From sequence record SRR22947727_118: 44,531 nucleotides of DNA; one strand, written 5' to 3'. The notes under the pieces were generated by a model. The model ran no database searches and was not told the DNA's origin. It worked only from the letters and a program-made list of their open reading frames with translations. The position numbers were made by a program, and so were the translations under genes. Below are positions 1 through 9,657 of this stretch, piece after piece; positions within the stretch are counted from its first letter, which is position 1; each line of letters opens with the position of its first letter.

Positions 1-1068
1 TCCTGGCATTACCATTTCAGTACCTTCTGGAAGCTTAATTGTTCCTGTTACATCTGTAGTTCTAAAATAGAATTGGGGTCTATAATTAGAGAAAAACGGA
101 GTATGTCTTCCACCCTCTTCTTTTTTTAGAACGTAACCCTCAGCAGTAAATTTAGTATGTGGCTTTATAGATCCTGGCTTAGCTAAAACTTGACCTCTTT
201 CTACTTCTTCTCTCTTAGTTCCGCGAAGTAACACTCCTACGTTATCACCTGCTTCACCTGAGTCCAGAAGCTTTCTAAACATTTCAACACCAGTACATGT
301 TGTTTTTTGAGATTCTCTGATACCAAGTATCTCAATTTCTTCACCAACTTTAACTTGACCTTGCTCAATACGTCCAGTTACAACAGTTCCTCTGCCCGAG
401 ATTGAGAAGACATCCTCAACTGGCATTAAGAAAGGTTGATCGATAGGCCTGACGGGCTGAGGTATTGACTCATCAACAGCTTTCATTAATTCTATAATAG
501 AATTTTTTCCAATTTCATCGTCTCTACCTTCTAGAGCGGCTAATGCAGAACCCTTAATGATTGGGATAGTATCACCTGGGAATTCATAAGATGTTAATAA
601 TTCTCTAATTTCCATTTCAACCAAATCAATTAACTCAGCATCATCAACTTGATCAACTTTATTCATATATACAACTAAGGCTGGAACACCAACTTGTCTT
701 GCAAGAAGAATATGCTCTCTTGTTTGAGGCATAGGACCGTCTGCGGCGTTAACAACAAGAATACCGCCGTCCATTTGTGCGGCACCAGTAATCATGTTTT
801 TTACATAGTCTGCGTGACCTGGGCAATCAACGTGTGCGTAGTGTCTTGCTTCTGTTTCATATTCTACGTGAGCTGTTGAAATTGTAATACCACGCTCTCT
901 TTCTTCAGGAGCTTTATCAATATTAGCGTAGTCAGTAAACTCTGCGCCTCCTGATTCTGCTAGAACTTTAGTAATTGCAGCAGTTAATGTAGTTTTTCCG
1001 TGGTCAACATGTCCAACAGTACCGATGTTACAATGCGGTTTATTTCTTTCAAATTTTGCTTTAGCCAT
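1..1068 (-). CDS. tuf: Elongation factor Tu (3' end runs off the window)
   Basis: Manual translation from ATG at 1068: [53 protein letters not shown], and EMVMPG at the window edge. Not in the ORF track because it is truncated. Confidence 0.99.
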   Translation of the reverse strand, partial: MAKAKFERNKPHCNIGTVGHVDHGKTTLTAAITKVLAESGGAEFTDYANIDKAPEERERGITISTAHVEYETEARHYAHVDCPGHADYVKNMITGAAQMDGGILVVNAADGPMPQTREHILLARQVGVPALVVYMNKVDQVDDAELIDLVEMEIRELLTSYEFPGDTIPIIKGSALAALEGRDDEIGKNSIIELMKAVDESIPQPVRPIDQPFLMPVEDVFSISGRGTVVTGRIEQGQVKVGEEIEILGIRESQKTTCTGVEMFRKLLDSGEAGDNVGVLLRGTKREEVERGQVLAKPGSIKPHTKFTAEGYVLKKEEGGRHTPFFSNYRPQFYFRTTDVTGTIKLPEGTEMVMPG

Positions 1069-1099
1069 TTTATTTTACCCCAGTATTTAATATTCGTTT

Positions 1100-1173
1100 T
1101 GGAGCGGGTGAAGGGAATCGAACCCTCGTAGCCAGCTTGGAAGGCTGGAGCTTTACCACTAAGCTACACCCGC
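1100..1173 (-). tRNA. tRNA-Gly(TCC)
   Basis: Reverse complement GCGGGTGTAGCTTAGTGGTAAAGCTCCAGCCTTCCAAGCTGGCTACGAGGGTTCGATTCCCTTCACCCGCTCCA folds as a cloverleaf; anticodon TCC, encoded CCA. Confidence 0.98.
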
Positions 1174-1222
1174 TTTTGAAACCGACTCACTCACTCATCG
1201 CTTTTTTCCTACTCTCCAATTA

Positions 1223-1308
1223 TGGTGGAGGGGGTAGGATTCGAACCTACGTACGCTCACGCGGGCGGATTTACAGTCCGCTGCCATTAACCACTCGACC
1301 ACCCCTCC
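1223..1308 (-). tRNA. tRNA-Tyr(GTA)
   Basis: GGAGGGGTGGTCGAGTGGTTAATGGCAGCGGACTGTAAATCCGCCCGCGTGAGCGTACGTAGGTTCGAATCCTACCCCCTCCACCA; long variable arm, anticodon GTA; canonical Tyr-Gly-tuf order. Confidence 0.98.
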
Positions 1309-1325
1309 AAACTTGAAGAAAACGG

Positions 1326-1355
1326 CACATACTAATAAAATAGTATGATTGTCAA
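1326..1355 (-). promoter_or_regulatory. Putative sigma70 promoter of the tRNA-Tyr/tRNA-Gly/tuf unit
   Basis: Perfect TTGACA (1355-1350) with candidate -10 TAGTAT (15-nt spacer) or TATGTG (18-nt spacer), about 20 nt upstream of tRNA-Tyr. Confidence 0.4.
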
Positions 1356-1479
1356 TGTAAAACAACTTACTTCCACCTTAAATACGAAAGTTCTTTAAAG
1401 CGCGCTCCTTTTAGACAAAAAATTAGAATTTGTATATATCTAGATTTATATTTAATATACAAATCTGTGATAAACGAAA

Positions 1480-2244
1480 ATGCCAAAAAATAAACCTCAA
1501 AAATCCTTAAATACTGGGAGAATTCAAACAATACATGGAATGCATGCTGTAAGAGCTGCTCTGTTAAATACTAAAAGAGCTCATCATGAGCTTCATATAA
1601 CTGAGAACAATCATGAATTTGCTCAACACTACAAATCAGCAATAAAAAAAATTACTATTTTGGATCAAAAAGAATTTAAAAAACTTTATGGGGGAGAAAA
1701 ACCTTCTCAAGGAGTTGTTCTGAAAACTAATGATTTTGAAAGACCAAGTCTTCAACAATTTGTGAAAAATGAAAAAGTAGAAGATAAATCTGTATTATTG
1801 GCCTTAGATCAAATTACTGATCCTCAAAATATAGGATCAATAATGCGCTCATGTGCTTTATTCAATTGCAAAGGAATAATAGTGGCAAAAGATAATGCTC
1901 CAGATCTAACGCCTTCATTATACAAAGCTGCGTCAGGCGCAGCAGAAATAGTAAATTACTTTAGAGTTACAAATTTAAAGAGAAGTATTTCTGAATTAAA
2001 AAAATATGGTTACTGGGCTTATGGTTTTGATTCTTCAAATTCAAGAAATTCTGAAAATATAAATTTTGCAAAAAAATCAATTTTAGTGTTTGGTTCTGAG
2101 GGTAAAGGAATGAGAGATTTAGTAAAAAAAGAATGTGATGAAGTTATAAAACTAAAAATGCAACAACATAAACATTATCAAATTGACAGCTTAAATGTAT
2201 CAAACGCTGCAACAATTGCTCTTTACGAGTTTTTTAGATCTTAA
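1480..2244 (+). CDS. rlmB: 23S rRNA Gm2251 2'-O-methyltransferase (SpoU/TrmH family)
   Basis: SPOUT motifs LDQITDPQNIGSIMRS, FGSEGKGMR, DSLNVSNA; usual alphaproteobacterial position, divergent from tRNA-Tyr. Confidence 0.93.
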   Translation: MPKNKPQKSLNTGRIQTIHGMHAVRAALLNTKRAHHELHITENNHEFAQHYKSAIKKITILDQKEFKKLYGGEKPSQGVVLKTNDFERPSLQQFVKNEKVEDKSVLLALDQITDPQNIGSIMRSCALFNCKGIIVAKDNAPDLTPSLYKAASGAAEIVNYFRVTNLKRSISELKKYGYWAYGFDSSNSRNSENINFAKKSILVFGSEGKGMRDLVKKECDEVIKLKMQQHKHYQIDSLNVSNAATIALYEFFRS

Positions 2245-2260
2245 TTTTATTTTTTTTAAA

Positions 2261-2336
<76 letters not shown>

Positions 2337-2347
2337 ATTTAAAAAGC

Positions 2348-2376
2348 CATTTACAATTAAATTAAAAATTCGACAA
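2348..2376 (-). promoter_or_regulatory. Putative sigma70 promoter of tRNA-Thr
   Basis: TTGTCG-N17-TAAATG on the minus strand, ending about 11 nt before the tRNA 5' end. Confidence 0.35.
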
Positions 2377-2388
2377 GTAATTTATAAT

Positions 2389-2508
2389 TTAAATACCAGG
2401 AATATAAGGCACTCCGTCACCTTTAGCTTTTTCATTAATCTCATTAAAAGTTGAGCAAGCTGATAAAGGTGCAGTAAATAAAAAAAGTATAAATAACAGT
2501 TTTTTCAT
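2389..2508 (-). CDS. Small putative lipoprotein, 39 aa (MKKLLFILFLFTAPLSACSTFNEINEKAKGDGVPYIPGI)
   Basis: Manual translation, below the ORF-track cutoff. MKK, hydrophobic h-region, lipobox LSA|C; ATG 4 nt after the FDH alpha stop codon. Confidence 0.75.
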   Translation of the reverse strand: MKKLLFILFLFTAPLSACSTFNEINEKAKGDGVPYIPGI

Positions 2509-2512
2509 ATTA

Positions 2513-5269
2513 TTAACTTATCTTTTCTATTTTTGCAGCGCAATATTTAAATTCAGGAATTTTACCATACGGGTCTAAAGCTGGGTTTGTTAAAAGATTT
2601 GCAGCAGCCTCATTATAACAAAAAGGTATAAAAATTACACCTTCAGGAATGGCCCTGTCTTCTCTTACTCTTATATTAACGGTCCCTCTTCTTGTTGATA
2701 CTTTTATCTTATCTCCTGGTTTCATATTTTTCTTTAAAATTTCATTAGGCGATATTGATACTGTTGCTTCAGGTTCAATCGCATCTAAGTTAGAAGCTTT
2801 TCTTGTCATTGCTCCAGTATGCCAATGTTCAAGCTGTCTTCCAGTAGTAAGGATCATTTCAAATTCTTCATCTGGTACCTCGTTCGGGGATGTAACACTT
2901 GCTGGAACGAATTTTCCTCTTCCAGAATCATTTGGAAACTTGTCGCCAAATACTATTTCATCACCCGGGGTAGTTGGCGATCTACTAGGATAAGTTACTG
3001 AGTTTTCCTTTTCTAATCTATCCCAAGTAATATTATTTAATGAAGGCATAGTTTTAGACATCTCTTCATAAATTTCACTAGGATGCTCATAGCTCCAATC
3101 TAAGCCCATTCTCTTTCCTAATTCATTTGTGATCCACCAATCTTCTTTTGCAGCACCTGGCGCATCAAGAGCTTTACGACCCATTTGAACTTGTCGATTA
3201 GTGTTTGTGGCAGTTCCATTTTTTTCAGGCCAAGCTGAAGCTGGGAAAATTACATCTGCATAAGTTGCAGTTTCTGTTAAAAAAATATCTTGAACAACTA
3301 AATGCTCCAATATTTGAAGAGCCTCTCTTGCATGATTCAAATCTGGGTCAGACATTGCTGGATTTTCTCCAAGAATATACATGCCTTTAATTGTGTTTTC
3401 GTGAATCGCATCCATAATCTCAACAACAGTTAATCCCTTTTTATTATCCAAAGGAGTGTTCCAGAATTTTTCAAAGAAATTTTGTTTATCATCTTTTTCA
3501 ACTAGTTGATAATCTGGATACATCATAGGTATTAAACCAGCATCAGAAGCGCCTTGAACATTGTTTTGACCTCTTAAAGGATGGAGTCCAGATCCTCTTC
3601 TGCCAACATTACCTGTCATCAAAGCTAATGATATCAAACACCTTGCATTGTCAGTACCATGGACATGTTGCGATACTCCCATACCCCAAAAAATAATCCC
3701 CTTACTAGTTTTTGCATAAAGATGTGCAACTTCACGAATCAAATTTGCATCTATCCCTGTTTGTTCTTCCATTATTTCAGGAGGATAATTTTTTAAATGT
3801 CTTCTTAATTCATCAAAACCTGAGGTTTGTTTTTTTATGTACTCCTCATTAAATAAATCATCTTCAATTATTACATGCATAATTGAATTTAGCAGAGCCA
3901 CGTCTGACCCTGGTTTGAACTGCAACATATGAGTTGCATGCTTTTTTAGAGCATGGCCTCGAGGATCCATTACTATTAGCTTAGATCCTTTTTTAGCTGC
4001 ATTTTTAAAAAAGGTAGCAGCAACAGGATGATTTTCTGTTGGGTTGGCTCCTATAACAATTATTACCTCAGAGTGCTCAACCTCGTAAAAAGGAGCAGTA
4101 ACAGCTCCTGATCCAATCGTTTCTAATAATGCCGCAACAGAAGAGGCATGACAAAGGCGTGTACAGTGATCAACATTGTTAGTATTAAAACCAGTTCTAA
4201 TAAGTTTTTGAAAAAGATAAGCTTCTTCATTGGAGCACTTTGCTGACCCAAAACCTGCAAGATTGCTTTTTCCATTTCTTTTCTTTTTAATATCTAAAAA
4301 ACCTTTTGCTGCGCAATCTAATGCTTCATCCCACGTAGCTTCTCTAAAATATTCATGTAAGTTTGAAAAATCTATACTTGGATGTAGATCCTTTTTTTTG
4401 TCTTTTATTCTAATTAATGGTTTAGTTAATCTCTCAGGATTACTTACATAATCAAAACCAAATCTTCCTTTTACACAAAGCCTATTTTTATTTGCCGGTC
4501 CATCAATTCCATTTACATACTTTATCTCGTTGTCTTTTACGTTATACTCAATTTGACATCCAACACCACAGTACGGGCATATACTTTTTATTTTTTTATC
4601 TACATTACTTTCTCCAACACCTTTTTCATTTACCAATGTTGCAGGCATTAATGCTCCAGTTGGACAAGCTTGAACGCATTCTCCACAAGCAACACATGAG
4701 CTATCCCCCATAGGATCATCAAAATCAAAAACTATTTTTGAATTTTCTCCTCTGTAGGCCATTCCAATAACATCATTTACCTGAACCTCCCTACAAGCGC
4801 GCACACAAAGATTACATTGTATACATGCGTCTAAATTAACCGCCATACTTGGATGTGAAGTATCGGGTTGACATGGGGTTTTTTTGGGAAATCTATTTTC
4901 TTTAAGGTCAACCTTATCTATCCAATTCCAAAAATGAGAATTATTATCATGAGCCACATCTCTTTCTGGTTGATCAGCTAATAGCAGTTCAAAAACTAAC
5001 TCTCTAGATTTCTTTGCTTTATTAGATGTAGTTTGAACTTTCATATCAGAAGATGGTTTTCTAACACAAGAGGCAGCTAAAACTCTTTCACCTTCAATCT
5101 CAACCATGCAAGCTCTGCAATTTCCATCAGCTCTGTAGCCTGGTTTATCTGTATAACAAAGATGTGGGATTTCTGTTCCAAGTCTATTTGCAACCTGCCA
5201 TATAGTTTCATCATTATTTGCCTCTACTTGCTTATCATTCAAATAAAAATTAATTTTGCTTTCACTCAT
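2513..5269 (-). CDS. fdhF: NAD-dependent formate dehydrogenase alpha subunit (Mo/W-bisPGD, Cys-ligated; FdwA/Fdh1A type)
   Basis: N-terminal 2Fe-2S (HLC, GNCRAC, SC), two 4Fe-4S (CIQCNLCVRAC, CVACGECVQACP), CPYCGVGC...LCVKG, active-site HCTRLCHASS, PLRGQNNVQG, C-terminal GKIPEFK. Likely start is ATG 5269, overlapping the upstream stop; the track start 5287 is a TTG. Confidence 0.95.
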   Translation of the reverse strand: MSESKINFYLNDKQVEANNDETIWQVANRLGTEIPHLCYTDKPGYRADGNCRACMVEIEGERVLAASCVRKPSSDMKVQTTSNKAKKSRELVFELLLADQPERDVAHDNNSHFWNWIDKVDLKENRFPKKTPCQPDTSHPSMAVNLDACIQCNLCVRACREVQVNDVIGMAYRGENSKIVFDFDDPMGDSSCVACGECVQACPTGALMPATLVNEKGVGESNVDKKIKSICPYCGVGCQIEYNVKDNEIKYVNGIDGPANKNRLCVKGRFGFDYVSNPERLTKPLIRIKDKKKDLHPSIDFSNLHEYFREATWDEALDCAAKGFLDIKKKRNGKSNLAGFGSAKCSNEEAYLFQKLIRTGFNTNNVDHCTRLCHASSVAALLETIGSGAVTAPFYEVEHSEVIIVIGANPTENHPVAATFFKNAAKKGSKLIVMDPRGHALKKHATHMLQFKPGSDVALLNSIMHVIIEDDLFNEEYIKKQTSGFDELRRHLKNYPPEIMEEQTGIDANLIREVAHLYAKTSKGIIFWGMGVSQHVHGTDNARCLISLALMTGNVGRRGSGLHPLRGQNNVQGASDAGLIPMMYPDYQLVEKDDKQNFFEKFWNTPLDNKKGLTVVEIMDAIHENTIKGMYILGENPAMSDPDLNHAREALQILEHLVVQDIFLTETATYADVIFPASAWPEKNGTATNTNRQVQMGRKALDAPGAAKEDWWITNELGKRMGLDWSYEHPSEIYEEMSKTMPSLNNITWDRLEKENSVTYPSRSPTTPGDEIVFGDKFPNDSGRGKFVPASVTSPNEVPDEEFEMILTTGRQLEHWHTGAMTRKASNLDAIEPEATVSISPNEILKKNMKPGDKIKVSTRRGTVNIRVREDRAIPEGVIFIPFCYNEAAANLLTNPALDPYGKIPEFKYCAAKIEKIS

Positions 5270-6965
5270 AACTAATTTCATTTCCAAAATATTTAAGAAC
5301 GGAATTAAGTGGGTTTGTAGCAGCTTGACCTAATCCACAAATCGAAGCTTGAGACATTACTTCTGATAAATCTGCAAGTTTTTCTTTGTTCCATATTTTT
5401 TCCTTCATCAGTTTAACTGTTTTTTCAGTTCCTACTCTGCATGGAGTGCATTGACCACAACTCTCTTCTTCAAAAAATTTCAATAAATTAAGAGCAACAT
5501 CTTTCATATTATCTTTATCTGATAAAACAACAATTGCAGCAGATCCTAAAAAACATCCAGCATCTGTGAGTTCTTTAGAACCATAATCTAGAGGTATCTT
5601 ATTCATTGAGGCAGGAAGTATTCCACCTGAAGCACCTCCTGGTAAATATCCTTTAAAAATATGATCTTCTTTCATTCCACCGCAGTATTTATCAATCAAT
5701 TCTTGAATTGTTATTCCCGCAGGAGCAACTTTTACTCCCGGCTCTTTAACTCTTCCAGAAACTGAAAAACTATGGAAACCTTTGTTCCCTCCAGTTCCTT
5801 TTTCCGCATACCATTTAGCTCCTTTTTCTAATATATCCCTTAACCAAAATAATGTTTCTAAATTATTCGTAAGGGTTGGAGAATTAAACAAACCTACCTC
5901 AGCTACATAAGGAGGTCGATGACGTGGAAGTCCTCTTTTGCCTTCAATACTCTCTATCATGGCAGACTCTTCGCCACAAATATATGCGCCAGCACCTCTT
6001 CTGATTACAAAGTGACCCTTTGGAATTATTTTTTCATTTTCTAACTTTAAAATTTCATCTTTTAAAATTTTTATGACAGCAGGATATTCATCTCTCATAT
6101 AAATGTAAACATTTGCAGCTTTAATGAACAATGAGGCAATTAAAGCACCTTCTAAAAATCTATGAGGATCTTTTTCTAAATAATTTCTATCCTTAAATGT
6201 GCCAGGCTCACCTTCATCACCATTAACAGCCACATATTTTGTTCCATTCTGTTTTGATACAATTTCCCATTTAATACCAGTAGGAAAGCCCGCACCACCC
6301 TTACCTTTAAGACCACTCTCTTTAAGGATGTTAATAATTTCAGTATTACCAATCTTGCCCTCACTGACTTGTCCTGAAATCTTATAACCTCCATCTTTTT
6401 TATACTGATCTAATTCTATGTAATCAGGAATTAGTGCCTCAAAATCTTTATTTTTAATTGTTTCTATAACAGATTGAGTCGATGCTTGATCTACGTAGTT
6501 TTTTCCAACACAAACTGTAGGAGCTACATCACATCTGCCCATGCAAGGCCCTGGAACAACTTTAATATTTTTATTTTCATTAGATTTTAAATCCTCTAGT
6601 AATTTATGGGCGCCAAATAGCTCACACGTCAAACTTTCACACACTCTTACAACTTGTAGTGGTTTAAAAGTTTCAGAATTTTTAACTATATTAAAATGAG
6701 CGTAAAATGTTGCTACTTCGTAAATCTCTGCAAGAGGTAAATTAATTATTGTTGATAGGGCTACTAAATGCTTATCATACAATACTCCAAACTTATCCTG
6801 TAAAATATGCAAATACTCAATTAGTTCATCCCTCTTGAAATTAATACCTTGAAGAAGATTTGATACATCTTCATAATAATTATTTTCAGGCTGCCTGCCT
6901 TTTGGCTGCCATCTTCTCTTCTTTTTTTTAAGAGAGCTATCAGTTTGAGAAATAAATTTATCCAT
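5262..6965 (-). CDS. fdwB: Formate dehydrogenase beta (diaphorase) subunit, fused NuoE-like 2Fe-2S and NuoF-like FMN/NADH/4Fe-4S domains
   Basis: VATFY...CESLTC...CMGRC (NuoE-like); GKGGAGFPTG, NGDEGEPGTFKD, GAGAYICGEE, ESCGQCTPCR...SICGLG (NuoF-like); directly upstream of the FDH alpha gene. Confidence 0.9.
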   Translation of the reverse strand: MDKFISQTDSSLKKKKRRWQPKGRQPENNYYEDVSNLLQGINFKRDELIEYLHILQDKFGVLYDKHLVALSTIINLPLAEIYEVATFYAHFNIVKNSETFKPLQVVRVCESLTCELFGAHKLLEDLKSNENKNIKVVPGPCMGRCDVAPTVCVGKNYVDQASTQSVIETIKNKDFEALIPDYIELDQYKKDGGYKISGQVSEGKIGNTEIINILKESGLKGKGGAGFPTGIKWEIVSKQNGTKYVAVNGDEGEPGTFKDRNYLEKDPHRFLEGALIASLFIKAANVYIYMRDEYPAVIKILKDEILKLENEKIIPKGHFVIRRGAGAYICGEESAMIESIEGKRGLPRHRPPYVAEVGLFNSPTLTNNLETLFWLRDILEKGAKWYAEKGTGGNKGFHSFSVSGRVKEPGVKVAPAGITIQELIDKYCGGMKEDHIFKGYLPGGASGGILPASMNKIPLDYGSKELTDAGCFLGSAAIVVLSDKDNMKDVALNLLKFFEEESCGQCTPCRVGTEKTVKLMKEKIWNKEKLADLSEVMSQASICGLGQAATNPLNSVLKYFGNEISYE

Positions 6966-7005
6966 TTAAATTGAATTATTAATATATATTTTGTATCAGA
7001 TTAAA

Positions 7006-7251
7006 ATGAAAGATTCAGTTGAAAATGATGAAATACTTCTTGATACAAGCGGTACAGAATGTCCCATCCCTGTATTAAAAGCAAGAAAACTTGCTCAAGA
7101 GTTAAAAAAAGAGATCATAATCAAGGTAGTAGCTACTGACCCTCTTGCTACTGCTGACTTCGAGCACTATTGCAAACAATCAGGTTATGAATTTTTAGAG
7201 AGCTATAATGAAAATGAAAAAATCATTATTAGGTATAAGTTTAAAAATTAA
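7006..7251 (+). CDS. tusA: TusA/SirA-family sulfur carrier
   Basis: LDTSGTECPIPVLKARK (CPxP motif), VVATDPLA; about 81 aa from ATG 7006. Confidence 0.9.
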   Translation: MKDSVENDEILLDTSGTECPIPVLKARKLAQELKKEIIIKVVATDPLATADFEHYCKQSGYEFLESYNENEKIIIRYKFKN

Positions 7252-8465
7252 TAAAATAACTTGTCAAAGTCATAGTAATCAAAAATATCTCCTTTTTTAA
7301 TCAAATTAACATCTTCTGGAATCTCAACTACTCCATCTGAATATGATATAGAAGTTATCATTCCTGAACCTTGCTTTGGATGTTTTAACAAAACATAATT
7401 GTCTTTAATTAATTTTTTTGAAACTCTAAGCCATTCAAGTCTTCTTGTTTTCTTTATCATAGAAAAATTTGTTGCAACTTTTTCTGGCTTAATATTATTA
7501 ATTAATGAACCAATTAACTTATAAATTAAAGGCTTAACAATAAATGCATATAATAATTGAACAGACACAGGGTTACCTGGTAAGCAAACTATATATGTTT
7601 TTTTAATTTTCCCAATTGCAATCGGTCTTCCGGGCTTTATTGCAGCTCGCCAAAAAAAAACTTCTCCGTTATTTTTTAGTGTATCAATTAAATGATCCTC
7701 ATCCCCAACTGAAGCCCCACCTGTTGTAATTATCATGTTATACTTAGAAACTTCAATTAATAGTTTTTTCTTAATTTTATCTGCATTATCAGGAAGATTT
7801 CCCAAAAAAAATTTTGTTATATAATTTTTATTTAATAAAGAGTTTAGCAGATAATAATTTGAATTATTTATTTTAGAATTTTTTAACTTTGTTGTTGGTT
7901 CTACTAACTCGTTACCGCTCGTATAAAAACCAATTTTAATTTTTACGTAAACCTTAATTTTACTGTAACCAATTGCAGCAATTAAGTTTAAATTCTTCGT
8001 ATCAATTTTTGTTCCTTTTTTTAAGACAAGACTTCCCTTTGAAATATCTTCGCCTTCATGCCTACAATTATGTCCATAAACAGGAATTTTTATTAAAAAG
8101 AGTTTATTATCAATTATTTCTGTATTCTCCTGCATTACAACTGTGGTAGAATTTGAGGGCATTTTGGCACCAGTAAAAATCCTTACAACCTCGCCTCTTT
8201 TTATTTTATGATTAGTTGTATCTCCTGCTGCAACTCTAATATTGTTAATCTTTTTTGGCATTTTATTTAAATCTTGCTTTAGTAAAGCATACCCATCTAC
8301 TGCCGAGTTTTTAAAAGGTGGTAAATTTATCTTTGAATAAATATTTTCTGCTAAAATTTTATCTTCTGCATCTTGGAGATTTATGATTTCTTTTTTATTA
8401 ATTACACTTGAACGCCTGTTAATAAAATTTAAAATTTGCCTTAAATAAAGTGGTTTTTTATTCAT
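7248..8465 (-). CDS. moeA: Molybdopterin molybdo/tungsto-transferase MoeA
   Basis: PPFKNSAVDGYA, IFTGA...VVMQE, TSGNEL, TTGGASVGDED, KPGRP, LPGNPVS. Confidence 0.95.
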   Translation of the reverse strand: MNKKPLYLRQILNFINRRSSVINKKEIINLQDAEDKILAENIYSKINLPPFKNSAVDGYALLKQDLNKMPKKINNIRVAAGDTTNHKIKRGEVVRIFTGAKMPSNSTTVVMQENTEIIDNKLFLIKIPVYGHNCRHEGEDISKGSLVLKKGTKIDTKNLNLIAAIGYSKIKVYVKIKIGFYTSGNELVEPTTKLKNSKINNSNYYLLNSLLNKNYITKFFLGNLPDNADKIKKKLLIEVSKYNMIITTGGASVGDEDHLIDTLKNNGEVFFWRAAIKPGRPIAIGKIKKTYIVCLPGNPVSVQLLYAFIVKPLIYKLIGSLINNIKPEKVATNFSMIKKTRRLEWLRVSKKLIKDNYVLLKHPKQGSGMITSISYSDGVVEIPEDVNLIKKGDIFDYYDFDKLFY

Positions 8466-8947
8466 AGAATTTTTTTTATTATAAATTCAACCAAGTTTTC
8501 AATATCGTTTTCTTTATACACTGGAGTAATAGTATCTTTTAAATCATCAGAAACAATTGCTATAACATTTTTAGTTTCTTTATTTCTATTTTTTAAATCT
8601 TTACTTAATATTTCAATTTTGGGATGATTGTTTTTTTTAAAACCTTCTACTACAATAACATCAACATTTTGTAACTCTTGAATTAACTCATCTAAACTTT
8701 TTTCATTTTCATTATTATTTTCAGTTATTTTTGCCCAACGCTTTGCAGAACTAATAATAACTTGGTTAGAGCCAGCTTCTCTATGTTTAAAACTATCTGT
8801 GCCCGGTTTATCAATATCAAAATCATGATGCGCATGCTTTATTGATCCAACCTGATAGCCTTTCTTAACTAATGATTTGATTATAAGACTGGCATAATAT
8901 GTTTTGCCAACATCTTTCCAGCCAGTAATGCCAATTATTTTGCTCAT
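8462..8947 (-). CDS. mobB: Molybdopterin-guanine dinucleotide biosynthesis protein B
   Basis: GWKDVGKT P-loop, IKHAHHDFDID..GTDS..H..AG, VEGFK. Confidence 0.95.
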   Translation of the reverse strand: MSKIIGITGWKDVGKTYYASLIIKSLVKKGYQVGSIKHAHHDFDIDKPGTDSFKHREAGSNQVIISSAKRWAKITENNNENEKSLDELIQELQNVDVIVVEGFKKNNHPKIEILSKDLKNRNKETKNVIAIVSDDLKDTITPVYKENDIENLVEFIIKKIL

Positions 8948-9633
8948 ATATTTTTCTTATTAAAGATGTACACAAATGAATATATTACGATTGTTAGGAG
9001 TATTAAAACTATACCCAAAGCCATTGCATATTCAAGATTCCCCATTCTTGTCTCAAGAGAGATAGCCGTAGTCATCACTCTTGTAAAGTGATCAATGTTT
9101 CCTCCCACTATCATTACAGCGCCAACTTCAGAGATAGCTCTCCCAAAAGCCGAAAGAAGTGCAGTAATAACAAGAAAATAACTGTGCTTCGTAATTATAA
9201 AAGCAACCCCGAAAAAAGGCATATTGATTGATCTTAATTGATCTTTGTACTCTCTCCAATTTTGATCAAAGATTTCATGAGATATAGAGGTAACAATTGG
9301 AAAAATAATTATGACTTGAGCTATTATCATAACGGTGGGTGTATATATCAATTGTAGGACACCCAAGGGGCCTCCAGAAGCAAACATGAAATATACTATT
9401 AGCCCAACTACAACAGGTGGGATGCCCATCAATGAATTAAGAACTATTAAAATTAAACTTTTAAATAAAAATTTTTTTATAGCTATAAAATAACCTATTA
9501 ATAATCCTAAAATTGAAGCAATTATAAGTGCAGAAATACTGACGTACAATGATAAAATAATAATTTCCCACAAATCACTATCAAAAGAAATGATTAAAAA
9601 TAAAGATTTTGTAAAAATTTCTATAATGTTCAT
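8944..9633 (-). CDS. tupB: Tungstate-type ABC transporter permease (TupB-like)
   Basis: LNSLMGIPPVVVGLIVY...GPLG, AFGRAISEVGAVMIVGGNI...TRVMTTAISLET, characteristic of TupB rather than ModB; several TM helices. Confidence 0.8.
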   Translation of the reverse strand: MNIIEIFTKSLFLIISFDSDLWEIIILSLYVSISALIIASILGLLIGYFIAIKKFLFKSLILIVLNSLMGIPPVVVGLIVYFMFASGGPLGVLQLIYTPTVMIIAQVIIIFPIVTSISHEIFDQNWREYKDQLRSINMPFFGVAFIITKHSYFLVITALLSAFGRAISEVGAVMIVGGNIDHFTRVMTTAISLETRMGNLEYAMALGIVLILLTIVIYSFVYIFNKKNI

Positions 9634-9657
9634 ATAAAGATTATATCAGAATACATT

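Noticed and set aside
4140-4175. Selenocysteine recoding in the FDH active site
   Set aside because: The motif HCTRLCHASS has an ordinary Cys codon and the ORF has no in-frame TGA.
5262-6965. Respiratory complex I NuoF
   Set aside because: It is a NuoE+NuoF fusion overlapping the FDH alpha gene with no other nuo genes nearby, which fits an FDH diaphorase subunit.
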